From Planctomycetota bacterium (lineage in GTDB: Bacteria > Planctomycetota > UBA1135 > UBA2386): 64,000 nucleotides of DNA. Position numbers and translations under genes: made by a program. The stretch spans positions 6,144,001 through 6,208,000 of the forward strand of contig OZ245006.1 in assembly GCA_965223545.1 (NCBI GenBank). The letters run 5' to 3'. Shown in pieces: positions 57,167-64,000 of the stretch. Position 1 is the first letter of the stretch. Each line of letters opens with the position of its first letter. A model generated the notes under the pieces. That model ran no database searches. It was given only the letters and a program-made list of their open reading frames with translations, and was not told where the DNA came from.

Positions 57167-58240
57167 ATGCTCCGCATTCTCTTTCTGTCCACGTTGGCTG
57201 GCGCCACGGCCGGCCAGGATCCCGGCATGACGCCGGAGGTGGTCGAGCGTTTCGCGCGGCTGGCACTGGATTGTGTCGAGCGCGAGTACCCCAACAAGGT
57301 GGCGCACGTCTTGGCCTCCGACGACGACGTCCGTCCGCCGCGCGCCCTGACCCCGGTGTTCTACGGTTGCTTCGACTGGCACAGCGCCGTGCACGGCCAT
57401 TGGCTGCTGGTGCGCTTGGCCCGGCTGTTTCCCGACGCCGCCGCCGCCGCTCCGGCGCGCGCTGTATTGGATCGGCACCTGACCCGGCCCCGCGTCGCCG
57501 CCGAGGTCGCCTACATGGTGGCCGAGGGCCGGACCTCTTGGGAGCGGCCCTACGGCCTGGCCTGGCTGCTGCAGCTGGCGGCCGAGCTGCGCGAGTGGGA
57601 CGACAGCCAGGCGCGGCAGTGGAGTCAGGCGCTCGAGCCGTTGGAGGCCGAGGTGGCGCGGCGCATGGTCGAGTGGCTGCCCAAGCTCAGCCATCCGATC
57701 CGCACGGGCGAGCACAGCCAGTCGGCGTTCGCGATGGGCCTCATGCTCGACTGGGCACGGGGTGCCGGCGAGACCGAGGCCGAGCGGCTCGTCGTCGCCC
57801 GGGCGATCGAATTCCACGGCGACGACGAGGGCTGGCCGCTGCGCTTCGAGCCCGGCGGCCAGGACTTCCTGTCGCCCGGCTTGGCCGTCGCCGACCTGAT
57901 GCGTCGGGTCTACGAGCCGGAGGAGTTCGCGCGCTGGCTCTCGCGCGCGCTGCCCGACATCCGCGCCGACGCTGGTGACGGCTGGCTGCCGCCGGCGGTG
58001 GTGACCGACAAGGCGGACGGCAAACTGGCCCATTTGGACGGCCTCAACCTGTCGCGCGCGTGGATGCTCGAGGGCATCGCCGCCGGCCTACCGGAGGGCG
58101 ACGCGCGCCGGCCGGTGGTGCTGGCGTCCGCCGCGGCACACCGGGAGGCGGGGATCGCGTCGGTCACCGGCGAGCACTATGCGGGTGGCCACTGGTTGGG
58201 GAGCTTCGCGACGTACCTGGTGACGCGGCGTGGGTTGTAG
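57167..58240 (+). CDS. DUF2891 family protein
   Basis: REYPNK, FYGCFDWHSAVHGHW, ERPYG, HLDGLNLSRAW, YAGGHWLGSFA. Confidence 0.88.
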   Translation: MLRILFLSTLAGATAGQDPGMTPEVVERFARLALDCVEREYPNKVAHVLASDDDVRPPRALTPVFYGCFDWHSAVHGHWLLVRLARLFPDAAAAAPARAVLDRHLTRPRVAAEVAYMVAEGRTSWERPYGLAWLLQLAAELREWDDSQARQWSQALEPLEAEVARRMVEWLPKLSHPIRTGEHSQSAFAMGLMLDWARGAGETEAERLVVARAIEFHGDDEGWPLRFEPGGQDFLSPGLAVADLMRRVYEPEEFARWLSRALPDIRADAGDGWLPPAVVTDKADGKLAHLDGLNLSRAWMLEGIAAGLPEGDARRPVVLASAAAHREAGIASVTGEHYAGGHWLGSFATYLVTRRGL

Positions 58241-58369
58241 CGCCGGCGTCGGCGTCGCCGGGATTTGATCGGTCAACCCTGGCGTAGGCCGCTGGGCTCA
58301 GCGCTGCCACCCCCGCAACCAAACTCGGATGCCGCTCTCGCCGGAGCGGGTTGGAAGGTCGGTCACATC

Positions 58370-58418
58370 CGCCGCCGCGCCGGAGGCACTGTCTCTCCGA
58401 GCCTCCGGCGCGGCGGCG
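58370..58418. terminator. Perfect 18-bp inverted repeat between convergent genes (terminator or REP-like hairpin)
   Basis: CGCCGCCGCGCCGGAGGC, 13-nt loop, GCCTCCGGCGCGGCGGCG; no strong U-tract. Confidence 0.55.
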
Positions 58419-58486
58419 TTGTCGCCATGGCAGCGGCGTCGCCTCGAAAATGTTGTCGAAGCTCGAAGGTTCGAGGCGCCGGAGCC

Positions 58487-60418
58487 TCAGTGTGTGCTGT
58501 ACGGGCCCGCCGTCCACGGATCTTGCGAACTGACCGATCGGGCGCCGAGGTCGGTGTGCATACCCGGAAGGGATCCGGCCGGGCTGGGACTGGTCCAGGC
58601 GACGCCGATCGCCGGCGAAGCGGCGACGAGGTTCAGGTCGAGGTCTTCGACCCAGGCGGACGGGGATTGTCCAGCGCATGAAGACGGATACTGGGACAGG
58701 TCGTATGGGGCCGACGCCAGGTAGTCGCCGAGGAACTGTTGAGCGTTGGTCATCACGAAGTTGGTTCCGGGTAGGCCCGTCCAGTTGGACTCACCGAGCC
58801 CGTGGCAGTTGAGCGTGTCTCCTCCTTGAAACCGCAGGCCAGTTGAAACGTATCCGTTCCACGCTGCTGATAGGTCTGTCGTGTTGCCGTTGTCCGGAAC
58901 GATGTTCAACATGTACCGGCCCCACGAATTTGGACACTGGTTTACCGGGCAGGGCGTCGCCGTAGTGGCGGCTTCGGTGACCACTTGCCCCGCGATTGTC
59001 GTTCCACCGGTCAAATTGTTGAAGACGCTGCTGTTCGTCGCGGCGTTCGTCACGACGATGCTGCCGTTAGAACTTCCGGTCGCCATCGCTGCAACGACAG
59101 TGTTGTGATAGACGTGCAATGCAGTCATGATTGATGGTGGGAGAGTCGATGCACTGCAAGTCTGGGTAACAATAGGGCAGAGAGGCGAGTTGCAACGCTT
59201 GGCCTTCTCCCAACGACTGAAGACGAGGATTCCGGCACCCCGGACCCAGTAGATCTCGTTGTTGTGAATGTACAGCTGTGAGAGTGTTCCCGTGTCGTAC
59301 CACTTGTCGTTTCCCGCACAGAGATCTCCTACGGCGGCGACGATGCCCGAATGAGACCCACCGGGCACGGATGCGGGTTGCCATTGGGTGTCCACCCAGC
59401 ATGTGGACAGATGGTGCACGGGCGATCCCGATGCAACGGCCTCTTGATAGAAGCCGATGTAACGGACCACGTTGTGGTAAACCTCCACGTTGGGACCACA
59501 TTCGTTCAGGTAGATCGCCGAGCTCTTGCAGAACTCCACAACGTTGTTGTGGATCGATCCCGTAGTCCCGACTTTGAAGTCGATCCCCTGGTTGAGGCAG
59601 TTGCCGACACGGTTGTCGAAGACGTGGCAGTTCGCCGTCGTGGCGACTGTGAGCGCCTCGGTACCGAATCGCACCGTGGGCTCCTGCGGGTTGCTCAGGT
59701 CGAACTTTCCCAGATTGGTTTGATCGAGCCAGCAGTTGCAGATCGTGAGGTCGTTGTTGAGGGGGCCGCGAATGAACGGTTGGCATTCGCCGGTCTCCGA
59801 GCGGACTGGGCCGGGAGGTTGGTTCGGTGAGACTTTGATTCCCGAATTGGTGACCCACTGCACTCTGACGCCGTTGACGACGACGTTGTTGCAGTTCTTG
59901 ATCTCGATCCCGTCCCCCGCGATTCCTTCGATCACAAAGTGCCATGGGCCAACCGCGCCCGGGAGCAGGCCGTCGATCGTGACGTTGTCGACGTTTTCGA
60001 GGTAGATGCCGTGTGTTAGGGTCCCGGTCCCCTGCGGCAATGGGAACAGTGCTGAAGTTCCGAATTGCGGGTCGGTGGTGATCGCCGGATCACTGATGTT
60101 GACGTTCTGAACGTTCGAGCCAATGACTTGCGGCTTGATGAGGATCGACGCGAACGAATACGTCGTCGTGCCTCCACTCGCGATCTTGATCGTCTCACCG
60201 AATGTGCCACGCAGGTGAAACGTGATGTGGTCGCTGGGGTAGTTGGCGTGGGCTTGTGCAAGTGCGTGCTGGAAGCAGTTATAGGGAGAGCCCTTCGTGC
60301 CCTTTCCGGTCTGGGGACACCCGGAGGTTCCGCTCACGTAGATGTCTTGTTGTGCGGGCTGGGCGGCGGTGCATAGGCTGGGTAGGAGGGAGAGGGCGGC
60401 GACGAATCGATTCAGCAT
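58487..60418 (-). CDS. Secreted right-handed parallel beta-helix repeat protein
   Basis: Signal peptide; IYVS..G..GTKGSPY opening motif; repeated GI.. and ..NN/HN beta-helix rungs; Cys-rich; lower GC than the flanks. Confidence 0.8.
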   Translation of the reverse strand: MLNRFVAALSLLPSLCTAAQPAQQDIYVSGTSGCPQTGKGTKGSPYNCFQHALAQAHANYPSDHITFHLRGTFGETIKIASGGTTTYSFASILIKPQVIGSNVQNVNISDPAITTDPQFGTSALFPLPQGTGTLTHGIYLENVDNVTIDGLLPGAVGPWHFVIEGIAGDGIEIKNCNNVVVNGVRVQWVTNSGIKVSPNQPPGPVRSETGECQPFIRGPLNNDLTICNCWLDQTNLGKFDLSNPQEPTVRFGTEALTVATTANCHVFDNRVGNCLNQGIDFKVGTTGSIHNNVVEFCKSSAIYLNECGPNVEVYHNVVRYIGFYQEAVASGSPVHHLSTCWVDTQWQPASVPGGSHSGIVAAVGDLCAGNDKWYDTGTLSQLYIHNNEIYWVRGAGILVFSRWEKAKRCNSPLCPIVTQTCSASTLPPSIMTALHVYHNTVVAAMATGSSNGSIVVTNAATNSSVFNNLTGGTTIAGQVVTEAATTATPCPVNQCPNSWGRYMLNIVPDNGNTTDLSAAWNGYVSTGLRFQGGDTLNCHGLGESNWTGLPGTNFVMTNAQQFLGDYLASAPYDLSQYPSSCAGQSPSAWVEDLDLNLVAASPAIGVAWTSPSPAGSLPGMHTDLGARSVSSQDPWTAGPYSTH

Positions 60419-60589
60419 GATGTGTACGTCAATCGTTGTGGAGGAAAGGGGCGGTTGCGTTTGCTCCCGGTGGTCTCCTCGATCCGTGGGCGACTCGCCA
60501 CCAGGCTGCGAGGATGCACGCCGGCTCGCCGTGGGGCCGCGGGAAACAGGGCGCTTCCCCCCTTGGTCATTCGAGCCCCGCCCGCCGTC

Positions 60590-61843
60590 TCACTCGTCTT
60601 GGGATTTGTCGGACGGGTCGTCGGATCGTCGGGTTTGTGATCGATCCGGGAGCCGCTTGTTGCCGTGCCTCGCACTTGGCGGAGGACCGTCGTACTCGGC
60701 AGCCGGCCGGAACAGTACCCCGCGCTCGGCCTGCTCGATGGCGTGGGCCGTCCAACCGAGGAGCCGCGCGCACGCGAACATCGGCGTGCAGAGTTCGGGC
60801 CCCAGTCCGCAGGCCTCGAGCACTACGGCGGCGTAGTACTCGACATTGGTCGCTAGAATGCGGTCTGGCTTCGCGGCGCGGAGGGCGGCGAGTAGCGCGG
60901 TTTCGATCGCTTTGGCCTGCTGGGTGCGCTCGGGAGCGATCCGGCGCGCCACCGCGTGCAGCGTCTCGGAGCGCGGGTCGGTCGTGCGGTAGACCGCGTG
61001 ACCGAAACCCATCAGCCGGCGACCGCCGGCAAGTGCGTCGGCGGCGAAGGCCGGCGCGTTGGCCGGATCGCCGATAGCGTCCAGCATCTCGAGAACGCGG
61101 GAGGGAGCTCCGCCATGCAGGGGCCCCGCGAGCGCGGACAGCCCGGCGAGGACGCAGGACACCAGATCGGTGCCGGTGCTGGCGGCGACGCGGGCCGCGA
61201 AGGTGGATGCGTTGAGGCCGTGGTCGACAGTGAGCGCGAGGTAGGTGTCCAGCGCAGCCGCGTGGTCTCTTGATGGAGTGTTGCCGGAGAGTGCCCACAG
61301 CGCGGTGGCCGCATGCCCGAGGTTGCCGGGCGGCGATGCGGGCAGCGCCGGCAGACCGCGACCGTGGCGCCACGCGGCGCCGACCAGCAGCGGCCACAGC
61401 GCACCGATTCTCAAGGCGGTGCGCCTGCGCTCGGCGGGGGGCTGGTCGAGGAGTGGCGCGCAGTCGCCGTCGCTGGCCAGCGTCGCCAGCAGGGCGCGCG
61501 CCCCGTCGAGCGGCGGCGTGGTCTTCGGCAGTGCCGCCACCAACGGGCGCAATGAGTCGGGCAGCATGCGCTGGTTGGCGACCTCCGCGCAGAACCGTTC
61601 ATGGCTCGCGCGATCGTCCGGCGCGCTGTCGTCGAGGAGCACGCGCCAGACCGTGTCCGCGCCGTGGGCGCATGCCAGCTCGCGGGCGTCGTATTGGCGG
61701 TAGTGGAAGAAGCCCTCTTGGCCGCGGACCGCGCCGAGCGCGGTCTGCAGCACGGCTACCCCCTTCAGGCCGGGCGGCGTTCGGCGGCGGGTGTCGTTGG
61801 GCTCGGGTGCGCGGGGCGGGCAGGCGTTGTCGTGGACGGTCAT
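60590..61843 (-). CDS. Citrate synthase family protein
   Basis: PPGLKGV, YRQY, DHGLNASTFAAR, GPLHGGA, MGFGHAVY, DPR, NVEYY, GWTAH. Confidence 0.9.
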   Translation of the reverse strand: MTVHDNACPPRAPEPNDTRRRTPPGLKGVAVLQTALGAVRGQEGFFHYRQYDARELACAHGADTVWRVLLDDSAPDDRASHERFCAEVANQRMLPDSLRPLVAALPKTTPPLDGARALLATLASDGDCAPLLDQPPAERRRTALRIGALWPLLVGAAWRHGRGLPALPASPPGNLGHAATALWALSGNTPSRDHAAALDTYLALTVDHGLNASTFAARVAASTGTDLVSCVLAGLSALAGPLHGGAPSRVLEMLDAIGDPANAPAFAADALAGGRRLMGFGHAVYRTTDPRSETLHAVARRIAPERTQQAKAIETALLAALRAAKPDRILATNVEYYAAVVLEACGLGPELCTPMFACARLLGWTAHAIEQAERGVLFRPAAEYDGPPPSARHGNKRLPDRSQTRRSDDPSDKSQDE

Positions 61844-61880
61844 CGTGGAGCACCATCGCGCCGTTGCTCCGCATGGACTA

Positions 61881-61907
61881 GATTGATCCAGGTGACATGG
61901 ATCAATC
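61881..61907. promoter_or_regulatory. Palindromic operator candidate GATTGATCCA-N7-TGGATCAATC
   Basis: Perfect 10-bp AT-rich inverted repeat in the short divergent intergenic region, overlapping the HTH gene start. Confidence 0.65.
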
Positions 61908-63135
61908 AATAGATCCCTCGCAGTGGTTGAGCAGCGCCGACGCCGCCGCCCGACTGGGCGTGCGGCGAGAGACTCTGTACTCCTACGTCAGCCGCGGCTT
62001 CCTCCACCCGAGGCGCGTCGGCCGCACCAGCGTCTTCGATCCCGCCGAGGTCGAGGCGCTGCGCGTCCACCACGCCCGGCGGCGGCGCGGTGGGCGCGGA
62101 GGCATGGACGTGCCCATCCCCAGCCGGATCACTCGGATCGAGGGAGAGTTGTTGTGGTTTCGCGGCTACCGGGCCGATGACCTGGTCCGCGCGGGGTGTT
62201 GCTACGAGCAGGTGGCCGAGCTGCTGTGGAGTGGCGCGCTGCCGGAGCGGGTGCGCTGGTCGGCGGACCCGGAGCTGACCCCACTCGTCGAACGCGCGCA
62301 GGCGCGGTTGCCGCCCCGCACTCCGGTGATCGACCGCCTGCGATTGACCGCGACCTTGGCCTCCGCCACCGACGCGACGCGCGCCGATCTGAGCGCGGAC
62401 GCCGTGGCGCAGAAGGGGCGGCGCTTGCTGTGTGCGTTGGTGACCGGTTTGCCGGTGGTCGCCAGCTCCGCGCCGCGTGACAGCCGGGGGTTGGCGGCGC
62501 GGCTCTGGCCGCGGCTCGCGTCCCGCCGCCGCACGCCCGGGTTGGTGGCGGTGTTGGATGCCGCCATGGTGCTGCTGGCGGACCACGAGCTGGCGACAGC
62601 CACGGTCGGCGCCCGCGTCGCCGCGTCGACCCGCGCCGACCCGTACTCGGTGGTGCAGGCCGGGCTGGGGGTCGCCGCGGGAGCTCTGCACGGCACCGCG
62701 CCGATCCTCGCCTACGAGCTCTTGCACCGCGTCGCCGTCGAAGGCGTGCCACCCGCTGATGCTCTCGCGCGCTACGAGATCCTCGGGGAATCGGTACCGG
62801 GGTTCGGGCACGTCGTCTACCAGCGTGATCCACGGGCTCCGCTCTTGCTGGAGCGGTTGGCGGCGGCGGCTCCGGCGGCGCCGCTGCGCGCGGCGCACGC
62901 CTTGCGGGAGGCCGTTCTCCGCCGGACCGGCCTCGAGCCCAACGTCGACTTCGGCCTGGCCGCGCTGGCGGTGGCGGCCGGCATGGACCGCGAATCGGGC
63001 AGCGCGGTCTTCACCATCTCCCGGTGCGCGGGTTGGCTGGCGCACGCGATGGAGGAGTGGACCGAAGCGCCGTTGCGGTTTCGCCTCAGCGCGCGCTACC
63101 TCGGCCCGCGCGGCACCCGTGTTCCGGGTCGATGA
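61897..63135 (+). CDS. Citrate synthase-family protein with an N-terminal excisionase/MerR-like HTH
   Basis: WLSSADAAARLGVRRETLYSYVSRG HTH; DHEL, GALHG, PGFGH, PNVDF, GWLAH. Confidence 0.9.
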   Translation: MDQSIDPSQWLSSADAAARLGVRRETLYSYVSRGFLHPRRVGRTSVFDPAEVEALRVHHARRRRGGRGGMDVPIPSRITRIEGELLWFRGYRADDLVRAGCCYEQVAELLWSGALPERVRWSADPELTPLVERAQARLPPRTPVIDRLRLTATLASATDATRADLSADAVAQKGRRLLCALVTGLPVVASSAPRDSRGLAARLWPRLASRRRTPGLVAVLDAAMVLLADHELATATVGARVAASTRADPYSVVQAGLGVAAGALHGTAPILAYELLHRVAVEGVPPADALARYEILGESVPGFGHVVYQRDPRAPLLLERLAAAAPAAPLRAAHALREAVLRRTGLEPNVDFGLAALAVAAGMDRESGSAVFTISRCAGWLAHAMEEWTEAPLRFRLSARYLGPRGTRVPGR

Positions 63136-63174
63136 CGCGATCCACACCGAGCGACCCGAGCGCGAATCGCGCGG

Positions 63175-63999
63175 CTACGCGGAGCCGTCGCCAGGCGCCG
63201 CGTCGGGGTCGAACGGTGGACCCCAGTGGGCGTAGAACTCGCGGTTGGGGCAGTAGTCGACGCTCGTCAGGCAGCTCTGGCAGGTCGGGTTGTGGATCTC
63301 GGCAGCCAACGTCTCGTTCCGCACCCGGTCGATGGCGGCATGCCGGAGCCAGAGATCGCGCAGCGGTGTCTCCCAGATCTCGCCCGGCTCCGTGTACGCC
63401 GTGGCGCCGGTGAGGTCCACGCAGCAGTACGACACGCGCCCGTCGGCGAGGATCGCCAGCGTCTTCCAGGCCGAGTCGCAGAACCCGTGGCGCGACGGGG
63501 CGAGGTCGCCGTCGTCCGCCTTTCCGTACACCCCGCCGCGCGCGATCGCGGACTGCCGGATCGACATCGAGTAGCCGTCCGGCTTGCGGTGGAGATAGCG
63601 CGCAACGGGTTTGCTCGACGGCGCGTCGGGGTCGAGCCCGCAGCGCTCGAGGAAGCCGCGCAAGAACTCACTGCGGTACTCGTTGCGCGCGACGGCGCCG
63701 GCGTCCTCCTGCTCGTAGTACAGAAACAAGCCGATGTACTGTGGACTGTCGGCCTCGGTCCAGGCGCGGACGTAGTCGCTGAGCTTGGTGATGTAGGTCT
63801 CGAAGGGAAGGTTGGACCGGGTGGCGAGCTCGGCGGGGCTGGTCGAGAGGTGGATGCGGAGATTGAGCTCCAAGCCGAGGTAATCCGGCTTCAGCGCCGT
63901 ACCGTTCGTCGCCAGTGCAATGCGGTGACCGCGCGCGTTGGCTTGCCGCGCGAACTCATGGAAGTGGGGGTGCAGCGTCGGCTCGCCGTCGATGTGGAA
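63175..63999 (-). CDS. Radical SAM protein with a SPASM/twitch domain, 5'-truncated by the window edge
   Basis: Frame is open to the window end: FHIDGEPTLHP, ATNG; C-terminal C..DGRVSYCC..CQSC. Confidence 0.85.
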   Translation of the reverse strand, partial: FHIDGEPTLHPHFHEFARQANARGHRIALATNGTALKPDYLGLELNLRIHLSTSPAELATRSNLPFETYITKLSDYVRAWTEADSPQYIGLFLYYEQEDAGAVARNEYRSEFLRGFLERCGLDPDAPSSKPVARYLHRKPDGYSMSIRQSAIARGGVYGKADDGDLAPSRHGFCDSAWKTLAILADGRVSYCCVDLTGATAYTEPGEIWETPLRDLWLRHAAIDRVRNETLAAEIHNPTCQSCLTSVDYCPNREFYAHWGPPFDPDAAPGDGSA

Positions 64000-64000
64000 G

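Noticed and set aside
1..64000. CRISPR arrays, IS elements, prophage, defence systems, further UGA read-through genes
   Set aside because: I saw no spaced direct repeats and no transposase, integrase or phage structural motifs. The other TGA stops I inspected lack in-frame coding continuation.

Overview
High-GC bacterial chromosomal window with about 47 CDSs. I recognised no rRNA, tRNA, CRISPR array, integrase or transposase. The gene content suggests a Planctomycetota-like diderm (inference): a Ser/Thr kinase-ECF sigma pair, FG-GAP and carboxypeptidase-regulatory-like repeat proteins, and many signal-peptide proteins. Main points: (1) a probable unannotated exported selenoprotein at 7397-8644, where two same-frame ORFs join across an in-frame TGA in a C-T-U motif followed by a SECIS-like hairpin; it heads an operon with a metzincin lipoprotein. 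(2) A non-canonical Pel exopolysaccharide locus at 40847-54702: deacetylase-only pelA, pelB, pelD, pelE, pelF, pelG, no visible pelC, a divergent stand-alone hydrolase, and a PelD with two RxxD sites and an acidic NPLFP-repeat N-terminus. (3) Several unrelated secreted proteins share a similar C-terminal module, a candidate sorting or anchoring domain. (4) TANNNT boxes recur 6-9 nt before start codons, suggesting leaderless transcription. (5) A divergent citrate-synthase / HTH-citrate-synthase pair has a perfect palindromic operator candidate. All calls come from reading motifs by eye; no database searches were run.
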